From the NCBI RefSeq assembly GCF_006345805.1, contig NC_042997.1:98704001-98768000 (forward strand): 64,000 nucleotides of DNA. The letters are read 5' to 3'. Source of the stretch: Octopus sinensis (lineage: Eukaryota). A model generated the notes under the pieces. The model searched no databases. It was not told the origin of the DNA and saw only the letters and a list, made by a program, of their open reading frames with translations. The first letter of the stretch is position 1; every line of letters starts with the position of its first letter. The translations under genes and the position numbers were made by a program. Positions 11,600 to 25,445 of this stretch are shown piece after piece.

Positions 11600-12969
11600 T
11601 ACTTTGCAAACCTACTTATTATTGCTTCCGCTAATAATCACCGTGATCAGTTTCTTTAGACCATGGGTCAATACCTATGCTATTTAATCTCTCTCTTTTG
11701 CAAGAATAACCTGCCTCTTATTGTTTCATTTCTTTCGTAGTCAAATATTGTAATGCCGGGTTTATTGTTTTCTATATGGTTTGGTGTCATTACTGGGCTA
11801 TCTACTAAAAGGAGCTGCTTACGCGTGATTTTGATGCCACATTCCTTAAAATCATACGAAATAACCTGGAAAGGAAAACAAATCCAACAAAACAAAACTC
11901 CGTTGTTGGGAAACTGAGAGTTTCCCGGTGACCCAACGGATCACGGGTATTCTAATATTTAGAAAAAATCTGTTTTACATTGTCCATTTTGTTCTGTTAT
12001 TCCTCTTTGTTCTTTCATTGGTATTTATCCTTACCTTATAATCTAGTCCTTTAATACAGCTATGTGTCCTGAGCCTATATTTTATTACCTGTGTTCATTT
12101 CACCTTATTTTATCTTATCTTATTTACTCTACGTTGAATTCATCTACTTTTGATTTGTTAATAATATGTATACTTCTTGATTCCATTTACAATGTATGTA
12201 ATTGCAATAACAGTGTAAATATATTAACTCATCTAAGCATCAGTGGGTAGTCCAACGTAGTTTGAAAAAATATAAATGCCTGAAATTTTGTGTCTCTAAT
12301 TCTTTTTGTGTGTAATAAGCTCTATGCTGTGTAACAATTTATAATTGATGTAAGCAGTTTTGGTTGATCCAACTAATTATTAATATTCTACATTAATAGA
12401 GTTATGTAGGTATTACATGTGTTTGAATACATGTGTAAAATTGTTGTATTTGTGTGTATGCGTGCGTGTGTATGTGTGGGGGGGGGGCTGTATCCGTGAA
12501 TTTTTGTTAAAAAGCGGTTATGTATAGGTGTATACGAGGGTACTTGCTTATATCGACATACGAATGTGTGAAAGCGAGTGCTAAATGTGCTTGTGATTAT
12601 TCAAGATATGTTTGTAGTTGATACCGTATAAATGTTTTTGAAATTACACGGCTATCCTTCAAAACCAGCAGAACTTGAATATATATCCAAGTAGGTTTTA
12701 GTGCATTCATTGTCCTATAATCAACTAAATTATGACATAAACGATGAGATCTAGACATATAGAATTCCGGGTACTACAATTTTGATTCAAAGGATGGAAG
12801 TCTTCAAGAAGATTTAAATTGAAAGGGAAATTATTGAAGATGAAATTCATATAAGGATAATATAGTATATCTATTGTCTGAATTAAAGATCCGCTATCTT
12901 CTAATAGAATTCATTCAGAAAATTACTATGTTTAAATCTCACATCAAGAGATATTCAGCAACAGTACTT

Positions 12970-13157
12970 TGGAGTAAAGATTGTTTGCCAACATAACCTG
13001 AGCTGAGTGGGGGTGCTAGATTCCCCTGATCGAAAATGTAAGGACACAGACCGCGTCGTTTAGCCAGCTGGAGACGATGTCTCCCGGGGCTAAATTACAG
13101 TAACATTCGTCCTAAACCAGGACTGCCAAATTATGTTGGCAAACAATCTCTACTCCA
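12970..13157. mobile_element. MITE-like element, about 27-bp terminal inverted repeats
   Basis: tggagtaaagattgtttgccaacataa versus ttatgttggcaaacaatctctactcca. Confidence 0.6.
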
Positions 13158-14367
13158 GAAATCATTTATTTACCATTTATAATAATTGTGTTAAATGAAC
13201 CCGTTTCATGCGTTAAGAGTAATAAACATCTTCTACCTGACACAATGCCAGCTTTTATATTTACAGTTTACAACAAATATAGACACTCAAATTAGCATTT
13301 TGTTTTCGTATGATTAGAAGGAGAAATGTATTCCATATATCAAATATAGCGTTGAAATAAACAACGCAGCTTATTTATAACAGCTAGGTTATCGCAGTCT
13401 ATTAAATAATTTCTTATAGTAACATAGATACAATCATGTCTCTGCTCAGCATAATTGTAATAGTTTATGAGAATTCAAATTAAGTGATAGTTAGATCGTT
13501 TTTGGATTTGGTTTGCAAGATTCTTTATGAGTTCGTGTGTTGAAGCATATTCTGTTGAGTCTGTGGAAAGTCATTCTTTTTTTAGTGCCTTATAATTTAA
13601 CACACTCACCGATAAAATTTCCACTCATAGTTGTTGAAAAGGTTGCAAAACTCAACGAAAATTTTAGAAAAATAAATAAGTGAATGAGTAGAAATTTTAC
13701 CGGTGAGTGTGTTAAATAACAAGGCACTAAAAGAGAATGACTCTTCCCAGACACAACAGATATTTGGATCGAAATGTATTTGAATAGTGTATTTCATGAT
13801 CTCGAGTCTACATCTGAATAAAATATAATCAAAAATTTGTTAAGGTGTCTATAAATGTGAATGAAATGTAAATAGGTTCTAAGATTTTGTCACCGATAAA
13901 TTTAATTCATTAAGCAAATCAGTGTTAATCCAAACTAAACTTCTCTAATTAACGAAGGAAATCTATTGTTATATAAACACTAATGTAAAATCGTGCTTGT
14001 GTAACACGTAATGTTAGGATTGTTCACCTCTAAAATTTCAAATTAATGACCTTAAACAAATCAATATCATTAATATGTAACTACACTTTTACACATTTTG
14101 ATTGTAAATTAGTTTATTAATGTGATTGATTGGAAATAAACCTTACAAACTAAATAATTAATACTTTTACAACTACAAAATCCTAATAATTTCCTTATAT
14201 TTGACCTCATATATAGGCATGACACATATATACTCACACACGTTCTCATATATGTATGTATGTATGTATGTATATACCTATGTATCTATGGATATATGTA
14301 TGTATATGTATGTATGTATGTATTATGTATGTATTTACATTTTAAAAATAAAGAATGACATGATTAA

Positions 14368-14399
<32 letters not shown>

Positions 14400-14498
14400 C
14401 TTCAGCAAAATTTAGATTCAAATGAATATGGTACTTAAGTTAGATGCACCAGAATTTTGTATGGTGTTATCCATATAAATCCATGGGGTGATTATAAT

Positions 14499-14662
14499 CA
14501 AAATAAGCAACAAGAATATCTTCGGTAATTTGCTACGATCGTTTCATGCTACATCATTTTATTAAATATTGTAAGTATTACAACAGTTTTAAAATGTTGA
14601 GCAATCATCTGCCATTTACAGATCGTACCAAATTACCGGAGATATTCTTGTTGCTTATTTTG
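14499..14662 (-). repeat. 42-bp inverted repeat enclosing a decayed hammerhead
   Basis: Arms at 14499-14540 and 14621-14662 (2 mismatches). The minus strand reads CAGAUGA-long stem II-GAAA-CGAUCG-UA. Confidence 0.65.
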
Positions 14663-15739
14663 AATATATATATAGAGAGATCACTAGTTACTCAAATTTT
14701 GACCTAAGGAATTTATCCTGTATCACCGCTTTTTAATTTCTCTAGCATTTCGTGAGTTCAATGTAGTTTTAATTTATAACCAATATTTTTAAGTACCAAA
14801 TATTTTATTCTTAAATCACCAAAATTACATCCTAGCCAATTTACTCCTACATGACACCAATGTTATATTTTTCACAATACGACATTTAGAAAACACTATC
14901 ATGTTATATTTGTATCCATTTACTTGTAACACTGGGTGTTTTTTTTTATTTTCTCTAGCATTTTGTAAGTGATTACAATACGGTTTTGTATATAGCGTAT
15001 ATTTTAAATACAAAATATGTTTTCCTTATAACACCAGAAATTATATCCTAATTAAATTTAATCCTAAATAACACCAATGTTATTCATCCAATCTTTATTT
15101 ACATTTCCCAATATAATCCTTTGTATATTACACCACTCATGATAAGATACATCCGCATTTCTGCCATCCCCCTTGCATAAACTTTTATAAATATGTTTAA
15201 ATTTGAATCTAAATATAATACTAGGTATATTTTTCAAATAAATTTGTTGTTTTACAGCATTTCAACGTCCAGTATTAAAAATTTAAACGAAAAATTTCTA
15301 ATCACATGAACTCTGCGTCCTACTATGTAGTTTGTTTACATTTCAAAATTCTAAACATAGTCCTCAAATAATTCATTTCGTAACTCAAGACTGAAATATA
15401 CTTATTTTTTCCTGAATAGATCTAACACTATATCGCTTATTATATATATAAAAGTGACAATTATTGATGATTCAAAAGTATTGTTAGATTAAAACATATG
15501 TAGAATTTCATTTTGGCTACTTTTGGGATGTTTTGTTGATGCGGTTCCTTTATACTTGTTCTTATAGGTATATCTTTTAATCTTTTAATCTTTTAATCTT
15601 TCAATTTGTATTATTTTTCCAATTGTGATACAAATAAAATGAACCAAGCATCTTTTTCATTTTTCTTCTCCAGTTTCTTTTGTTGACTTTTTAATTTTAT
15701 GAGTCTGTTTATACATACACACACACACACACACACACA

Positions 15740-15824
<85 letters not shown>

Positions 15825-15911
15825 AGGAATTTTCTATCAATATATTTGTTTAAACCCATTTGGCATCAGGACTGCTCCTAACAATCCCTTACGGGGATGT
15901 TATTTCCTGTA

Positions 15912-15958
<47 letters not shown>

Positions 15959-16273
15959 GAAAATAGAGGGAGGAGGATGCAGTGATTAAGCCGGAGATTA
16001 ATGCTTAGTTTGATAGATGAGACAGGTAGTCTACGCTATGAAATAAATGGTTCAAGAAGAGAAGTAAAGAGAATGTAAAGAGATGTAAAGGGAACTAAAA
16101 AGGAAGTGGATGAGTCAGAGAGATAGAGATTCTGAAAAAATATTGCTTAAGTGAGCGACGTCTATTTAACTGTTTATCTCTTACTGTTTATATTTATCTG
16201 TGCGGGTGTATGTGTCTATGTATGTATATATGTTTGTACGAAGATGTATTTATGTATATATATATAATATATA

Positions 16274-16335
<62 letters not shown>

Positions 16336-16609
16336 ATATATACATACATAGAGGCATACATGCATACATGCATACATACATACACATATATATGTGTGCA
16401 TTATATGTTGCATGTGCGAGTGAATGCATTGAGCCTTTGTATGTGTTTATGTTGGTGCGTGTATATATGCGTGTATGTGAATGCCTACTGTTGGCTTACG
16501 TATATTGACTTATTGACTGAATTTTCAATCTATGAATTTGAATCAATGTAACTATCAGCCGGGGAAAACGATGTGCGTGTGTGTTTGTTTGCGTGTGTGT
16601 GTGTGTGCG

Positions 16610-16651
<42 letters not shown>

Positions 16652-17166
16652 AAAGTTATATCATGAGATTATTCTCCAGATAACTGTAACATTTTCTTTA
16701 GGATTTTCTCTGACATCTTAAAGCAACTGCGCAAAATCTACTAACAAAGGAAAAGTACTACAGCTAGCAATTTATATTTATTATTCTTACTGATATTTGG
16801 ATTTTTTATTCGCTTTCTTCTTCTTTTTTTTTTTCGAAGTTAGATCAAAATCAGAAAATCTGGAGCAGGTAGTGCACTAGTTATCTTCTTGTTTTTTCTA
16901 TAGTTTAGTGTTTTCCAGATAGTGGCTTTCAATTCTGTTTCTCCATTTCTATCTTAATTTTTATTTCCCGATATGCATTACCATGTATTCCAATAGCTCT
17001 TAAAGAAATTCTAGCTACAGAAAAAATAAATAAGTTGCATTTTTTAACTTAATTCCAAATGAGTATAATTCTATGTTCAGTGGCATTTGCTAACAAGATT
17101 AGGCTCATATTTTATATATATGTGTATGTGTGTGTGTATGTGTATGTATGTATGTATGCATGTATG

Positions 17167-17219
<53 letters not shown>

Positions 17220-17224
17220 TATAT

Positions 17225-17345
17225 TTGTTTCCCAACTGCATGGTTCTGGGTTCAGGCCTACTGCGTGGCACCTTGTGCAAGTGTCGTTTACTATAACCTC
17301 GAGCTGACCAAATGTTTGTGAGTGAATTTTCTAAGCCTGTCGCAT
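17225..17345 (+). mobile_element. SINE fragment (Octopus-type family B)
   Basis: GGTTCTGGGTTCAGGCCTACTGCGTGGCACCTTGTGCAAGTGTC...GAGCTGACCAAAT. Related copies occur at about 51605 (minus) and about 55945. Confidence 0.55.
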
Positions 17346-18039
17346 GTGTGTGTGTGTGTGCGCGCGCGCGTGCGTATATACACAATCAAGGATAAAATCA
17401 TCATAAAAATAACGATCTTAGTGGCCAAAATGTAATAAAAACAATTAAAATATATATATAATTATACAGATATGTTTATAATCAAGGCTACTGAAAAACA
17501 ATATCTACACAATAGAAATAGACCTCGCTTACAGCCTGTGCAAATGGAGTGTAAAATATGACTCTAAAACTACATCATTCTTTTACACTACATTTGCACA
17601 GGTTGAAAATGAGGTAAATGAATAAAAAGTTTAGGCAAAATTTTTAAGGTTAATTCTAGATCGAATGTTTTCTGGTTTTGTAATATAAAAATTACTTTAC
17701 CTTCATCAGAAGAATGTACCAAAATGTACATAAATGAGGAGTAGATGGACATCTGATAAATGATGAAGGGTCGTTCTTTATGTTACTTGTCTTGTTTTCC
17801 ATTTGTTTTTCTCGTTGTTAGCATACCCGAGTTTGTCTTCGTATTTCATTTTGTTTACGTTTTGTGACGTCCTGTACCTATATATGCATATACACATGTA
17901 TATATATGTATTATGTACATATATGTATGTATATATGCATATATATATATTATTTATATATATATATAATGAGAGAGATAGAGAAAGAGAGGGAGAGTTG
18001 TAAATTATAGAAAAATAAAAGACGAATACAAGTGTATGA

Positions 18040-18190
18040 ACAACAAATGTGTTTATTAGTTTGACGCTCGGGAAAGTGAAAAAGTCTTTTATGTTTCGAG
18101 CATACGCTCTTCAAGAGAAAAGAATAAGAGAAAATAAACAGAGATAGAATAAAAAAGACTTGTAGATTTAGCGCTCAAGCATGGCATGTG
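18040..18190 (-). mobile_element. PLE terminal-repeat fragment with decayed hammerhead (18086-18121)
   Basis: Homologous to about 58520-58660. The minus strand reads CUUUU-CUCUUGA-A-GAGC(GUAU)GCUC-GAAA-CAUA-AAAG. Confidence 0.65.
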
Positions 18191-18739
18191 TGTGTGAGTG
18201 TGTGCGTGTGTGTGTGCGTGTATACAATTAAGGATAAAATCATTATAAAAATAACGCTCTTATCATTGGCCAGCATGTAATATAAACCATATAGGTAAGA
18301 ATTAATATAGATATATAGTTATATGGATATGATTATAATTAATGGTGCTTTATATATATAATAGATGTAGTGTATAGGTTGTGACCACATATATAATAAA
18401 TGTAGTGCATAAATTATGACTGTATGTATAATAGTTGTAGTGTATAGATTGTGTAGATATGTGTGTATGTGTGTGTGTATTTGTGTATTAATGAGTACAT
18501 GTCTGAATTTGTGAGTGTGTGCTTGATGTATATTTATGTTCATTTTTTCAACATATTTTATTGCTTCTCCAGAAGAGATCGATTAAATTAACGCTGAAGT
18601 CGGTAAGATCTCTAGAAATAATTTAAGACGGTGTCTCAGTATCGCTGCTCTCTAATGCTTGTAACTACTAAACGAGTAAAAGAGTATGAAATATATGAAA
18701 TAAATTGTTGTATACACTGCTCAGGTGCACTACAACTAA

Positions 18740-19330
18740 GGGGGAAAGAGGCATCATTTGTACTGTTGGCGGATGTCAGGAAACATGGAAGTTTTGAAGG
18801 ATGCTAAAGACTTGGCAGCTAAAGACTGATGCGGGTAGTTTATTCCACGCTTCAACAATTCTGAGCGTGAAAACATGTTTCCGGAAATCATGGGTGCTGA
18901 GATGTTTTTTGATTTTGTAATCATTTACACGAGTGTTTGTCATGTGGAATTCAAAAGGGTGCCCAATGTTGTTGAAAAGACGATGGATAATCTTGTGTCT
19001 GATCTTCAATGTGTCCATGCTCAAGGAAGCAAGGCATTCGGAGTATGGTAGATACCTGACGGTTGTGTATGCTCGTTCTGTTACGCGTTTCTCAACAGTG
19101 TCCGGATATTTATATGCTGAGCAAGATAGGAGTTCCAGACTGGTGAAGCATTGCCATATACAGTTTTAAATAGATAGCTGGAGAGCGGCTGACAAAGTAA
19201 TGCAAGGACACCCTAAGCCTTTTTGACAATGTTAGGGATATTTGTCCAACGTAGATTGCTGTTTACAATAATAAACAGATCACGTTTACTAGAACACTTC
19301 TTGAGATTGGTGTTGTTGAGTGAGTATGTA
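18740..19330 (-). mobile_element. CR1-like LINE RT 3' fragment
   Basis: TRVNDYKIKKHLSTHDFRKHVFTLRIVEAWNKLP and an upstream YGNASPVWNSYL motif. Confidence 0.8.
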
Positions 19331-20261
19331 AAGGCTGAGATTTTCCTCCCAAAATGCATGATGACTCATTTGTTCACGAAAACGTAGCACCAATAATGGT
19401 TCCAAAGCCCATTTAGTTTTATGCCTATCATGATTTGAATTTACATTTCGCTCACAAATTGAACAAAAAATTTTCTACAGAGGCTAATTCTCTTTTGTAT
19501 GCAATGTAACTATTTATGTTATTTTTTTTTACCTCACACGAGTTGCTTCTTGCACTCTTAATTCTAGATCCATTCTAAATTACGATAATGCAAATTCTTT
19601 GACCAATCCTTATTATAAAAAAAAAGACGATGTTTAAACATGAGCATCGAATGCTTTCATTGTCTGACAAATCCACGTTGGAGTAGAGTTTTCACAGAAA
19701 CACACAGACTAGTAAACATAACTTCGGAATGCTTTTTCAAAGAAGTTTATTTATCTGGAAATTTTGTTTCTGTATATTATTTTATATTTCATTGTGCATT
19801 ACTTCGACGTTCACAATTTCACATTTTATTACCTGAATTCTGCCAAGTTCATCTGTGTTGCATTCTGTTAACTTGTGCTCATTGTTTTGTGTGATATAAA
19901 ATTTTTTCTGTATATAATTACCTTATTTTTGCCATACACATTCCATTTTGAGATGCATAATCTTTTTATATAGCGGATCATGATAATTACTTTTCGCACA
20001 AATTCTTCTCTATGAGATTGGTTCTCATTGTTTTATTCTCGGTGACTGTATCTGTGATAATAGTTTCGATCATTTCATAGAAGCCTAATAAAATCAAGAA
20101 GTAATTAGTAGAAAATTATTTCGTGTAAACTATAGAAGATACCAGGAATAAAATGAAAATACTTTAATTACATTGAGCTGGTGTTCTTGTATAACATATA
20201 GAAGAATTATTCTAGAAATATTAATAGCAAAAGTAGAAGCACACCATGATCATAATCGTAG

Positions 20262-20325
<64 letters not shown>

Positions 20326-20721
20326 TACTTATATAAGATATGAAATCAACAGAAGAACTATACACGATAATATTTTAAAGTATATCTTTCACTTCTGAAT
20401 TATCGAATAATTTAGAAGTGAATTCAGAGGTACTTGTTGCGTATTAATAGATATAAAACTAGTCAGACACTGTTTTTCCTTAGCTCCGAAGGTCATTGTT
20501 CGTCACAGTAATTTTAATATATATAATCCAATCAATATTTTACATACACAGGTATACACATATGAATGCATACTTACATACATAGATACATACACACATA
20601 CACGCATGGATACATACATACATGCATGCATACATACATACAAACATACATACATAATACATACATACATACATACATACATACATACATACATACATAC
20701 ATACATACATACATACATACA

Positions 20722-21352
20722 TAGAAATATCAACTAAATACCTGGTGTACAAAAGGGACAGAGACGCAGGAAATAACCGATGTAGACTTTGTGGAGTTAA
20801 CACCGAAGGTATCACCCACATCATTAGCAGTTGCCGCAAAACGTCATCGCGGTGTTATCTACGGAAGAGATATGATTTTGTAGTCAGGACATTGTATAAT
20901 GGGATCCGCCAGAAGGTCAAAGACATAAGAACCTACAGTATGATAGAAGCCATAGCCACTCATAATAAACTGGAGAACTGGTGTAATGTCTTAGTAAGAC
21001 CTTCAATAAAATGTAAACATAAAAAACTTGACATAATAATTTGGAACAGAGATGATAAACTGTGTACAATTGTGAAGATTATCTGTCTAGCGGATGTTAA
21101 CAAAGCTAAAGATCAGTGGAAAAATACCTATTCTGAACTACTGAGGAATCGACAGTTACTCTAGCCAGATTACAAGTTCAGGTTTATAACTGTAACTATT
21201 CGAGCACTGGGATATATAACACGCTGCCTAAATACCAATCTTGAGAAATTAGGCTTCTCCAAACCAGAAAGGGGAGAGGGAATTCGAAGACTACAGATCC
21301 AAACCATCACTGGAACTGTAAAAATCTGCAAAACTTTGCAGAAATTTTGGCA
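20722..21352 (+). mobile_element. RLE-type non-LTR retrotransposon 3' fragment
   Basis: CRLCGVNTEGITHIISSC knuckle and KLDIIIWNRDDKLCTIVKI endonuclease region. Same family as 45250-46430. Confidence 0.8.
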
Positions 21353-21924
21353 ACAAAGTATATATGAATATGTTTAGATATGCAATTATATGCATGATAA
21401 TACATACATAAAAGAAACATACAAATCTTACACATAAATACATAAATAAATACGTACAAAAATACCCTCTTTTTGTTGAAATTCTAATGAGGGAGCCTTG
21501 AATCAAGGTTAGAAACTAGCTCTTCCTCTGTTGGGAAGAAATCTTGAAATAAAACTGAATGCTAACATACATACATACATACATACATACATACATACAT
21601 ACATACGTACATACATACGTACATACATACATACATACATACACACATGCACACACACACATACATACATACATACATACATACATACCTACATACATAC
21701 CTACCTACATACATACATACATACATACATACATACATACATACATACATACATACATACATACATACATACATGCATGCATGCATGCATGATGGAATTC
21801 TCTCGTATTCAAAGAATGACCGTTCTGCAAAATCTTGTGGAACAAACCGGCATAAATGGTCTGTTTATAGTGATCAAATGTTCGTGTTATACATTAGCAC
21901 ATACCTTTTATAAAATCGATGTTG

Positions 21925-22085
21925 TCGGAACAGGTACACGGTGTATTACGTGCCAGGTGTCGAAGTGAATGCAAGGCAACATAAGCAGAAATGTTTTGCT
22001 TCAGAACACAATGCACCACCCACTTAACGAACTGAAACCACGATTTCATGATCTGGAATGTAACACCGTAACCACCAGAGTTTGC
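21925..22085 (-). mobile_element. decayed tRNA-derived SINE
   Basis: Similar to the 7120-7335 family on the minus strand (GGTGGTTACGGTG...GAAGCAAAACATTT). Confidence 0.45.
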
Positions 22086-24689
22086 GCCCTCACAAGTACA
22101 TACATGCATACATACGTAGTTCTATTTTATTTATTAGGTTTTTGTGTATTATTTTATGTGTGCATATACATACGTCATCTTTACCTTTGCCCTGGCAATA
22201 ATGTGGCGATATTGTCAAGAATTGGTCCTTGACTTTATGGAGATCTGCCTTGGGTGTAGATTTTCAACAACAGAATTTTTTCCGTAAAGTGTTCTAAATA
22301 TTTTCTAATTACATTCAGATATAGGCATATATTTTTATAGCTTAATAAAACGAAGGCGAAACAAAGCATGCTACCTTTCAACCATAACATATTAAACCAG
22401 TCTAAACCTCAACTGATTTATCTAAAATATTGGATATTTTACTTAAGTTCAAGAAAAGCGCATTCCTTAAACTCTCATTCCGCTTTCGGAACATAACCAA
22501 AAACATAACCAAATTCATCAAATATTCCAAACAAACGAACAAAGCAACCAATTTTCACTTTTCACATATAAAAGCAGAGAGAAAGGTAGTATATATCATT
22601 CGAACTGAAAACTTTTTTCATCATAAAATTCTTTGTTGTATTTATTACTTACACTGATACCAAATCAATTTTGAAGTCAAATTATATATCATCTATAATT
22701 TTTCCAACTATGCCCTTCATTTTTTTCCATTTCATTTTCATTCTTTAGGACAGATTTGTTTATTGTTTCAAATGAAATTGTTGAAATGTCAGGTCTTGGT
22801 GATAGTCACAATATATACACTACGTCTATTATTATTTATAACAATAGATTTAAATTATTTACAATAGGTAAATTAAAGTAGATAACAATTAGCGACTTTT
22901 AAAATAGTAAGTTCTGAATTCATCACTTATCATTGATAAAATATAACGAATCGATAAATTATTAACACGGTGACGCGAAACAAAGAAACGTATTATCATT
23001 TTTGGTAACTGGATATATGTACAGACTTAAAATTTTAATGACATTTTCTGAATTGGAAAATATGACAATCATATGGTATGCTACTTAAATTGTATGAAAC
23101 AAGTTTCATTGATTAACATATACATAATTCAGATTATATAATTAGACTATTATCCTCACTCGATTGTCATATGACAGTTGTTTATTAGATTCTTATAGAG
23201 GTCAAACTTTTAATGCAATAATTTCATAGAATTCCTCGCAGATTTTTTCAAAACAATCTTGTCAAAGAACGTTTCTATTGAACATCATATACGCAGGTGT
23301 CAGTCAAAAGAAATTTATTTAAAATTGTTTCATGTTTTGATAAATTTTACTGCTTGTCTACACATTGTTTTATTCCCATGTGTAGATTCAGTAATTCCCT
23401 TCGAGACATTTTCAATGTTATTCAAAAAGATCCAACGCTTTATTCATTATGAAACCAGTCGTCTGACTACTGGGAACGATTCAGGGACTTAACTCTACAT
23501 AAATAATGATATAGAGTCTTGCGTATAAAACTGACTAGAGAGAAACAGGAATACGTATGCATGCTTGCTATACACTATGCTACGCTATCTCAATCAGAAG
23601 AGAGACGTTTATAAATAATTTTGAAAGAATTCCACAATAATTCAATAAATAGATAGTTCAGTTGATTATACAACTTAGTATATCTCTTCGAAACTACTGT
23701 ATATCCCTGCAAATGCGTGTGTGCGTGTACGCGTGCGTGAGCGTGTATGTGAGTGTGTATTGATAATAAATCAGTGAAGTAACTGTTATACCGTTGAGGA
23801 TGAAGAGGTGATTAACATTTCCGATAAACGCACTTCTTCAAATAAATAAATATTATAGAAACGATGTTTACGCCAATTATGTTAATGAGGAAGTGAAGAA
23901 AGAAGAGTGATGTGGATTGGTGGGTGTAGAGATAAGGAGATGAAGAAAGCAAGCAAGAGATGCTGTGAGTTGTTTACGAGTATTAACAAGGTGAGGTGGT
24001 GGGGAAAAGTAAACTGCTATTTGATAGTGGTGAATTTGAGGGAGTAATGTGAAGTCAAATCTGAGATGTAAGAATAGAGGACAAGTAATAGACTGGACAC
24101 GCACAGCAGGACAATAAGGTATTCAACATACAAAGTAAGAACAGCAAAGAGATGGTTGGTGCTATGGTTTTCACGTCTTCCGTATATTAGCAGTTCGGCA
24201 ATTGTGACTGATAGAATAAAGTACCAGGCTTTAAAAAGGAAAACTAAGTACTGGGTGATTTTCATTCTACTAAAGTAACTCAAGACGGTAACTCAGGTAG
24301 CTCAACATGACCGCAATCTAATGACTGAAGTAAAGTAAAAGATACATATAATATATATATATATATGTATATATAGATAGATCTGTATGTGTATTCATGC
24401 ATGTGTATATATTTGTGTGTGCAAGTGTATACACACACAGAGATGTATGTGTATATATATATATATTATATATATATATATATATTCATATATGGGTCCG
24501 GACAAAAGCCGCATAATTAAAGTGTGAAAGTGGAGAAAAGCCCCACGGTTGTATTTTCGTTTTTTTTCTCCCCCCCCCCCCCGCTTGTTTTAGTCATTTG
24601 GCTGTGACCATACTGGGGCACCACCTAGAAGAACTTTTAGTCGAAATTATCGACCCCAGAACATTTTTTTACTTGTTGCAGCTATTTGA

Positions 24690-25445
24690 CAGAATAGAGA
24701 ATTTATCCAAAGTTGTTGTTTATAATGCATCATCTCTTTGTAGAACTCAATATAGGAACTGAGAATATTGCAAACTCCGTTTGTAATTTTTACGTTACGT
24801 TTACGATTATCAGTACAAACCTGCAAAACTTCATCTGTATGTACCAACCATTTAGCAATAATTTTCGTAGCCAATTTAAGTTGTGTAGGTGCAACTCTGT
24901 TGTCCCATCTGTATTCTCAGCTTGTTAATCTTTCAGCATCAGATCATCGTTAGATAAACTTTTCTTCTGAGATACTAGCAACTCAATCACATCATCCTCT
25001 ATGACTTGTTCAAATCCTAAATCCTTTGCAAGTGTTACAATGTCTTTCCGAAAATAATGTACACTTTCTGCTTGAGGAAAACCTGTAATCTCATGGATAC
25101 TGTCGGGCCAGATACTTTTCCAAGCACTATTCAAAGTAGAAGGTTTCACTTCAGCCTATAATTCAGTTATATTATTTACAACATTCAGTATGATGAATTT
25201 CCTCCAGACATCTCTAATTGTATGTTTATCCTCTCTTTCAAATGTTTTCCTAAGTTGTTTCTAAGTTCTCATATAGTATGCCTTGAAGTCAGCTATTGAT
25301 CCATTGGCCGGAGTAAAGATGTTGTATACTTGGAGATATATTCTACTTTCACAGTATCAGACAGGTCATCTAAGGTCGCTGGGTGATGAGATGCATTGTC
25401 TAAAAGAAAGTTCACCAAATTTCATAGACAATTCACCCCACTTCA
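24690..25445 (-). mobile_element. pogo/Tigger transposase relic
   Basis: Minus strand LLDNASHHP..L...VKVEYISKYTTSLLRPMDQ, FKAYYMR, LNSAWKSIWP and DLGFEQVIEDDVIELL. Confidence 0.8.
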
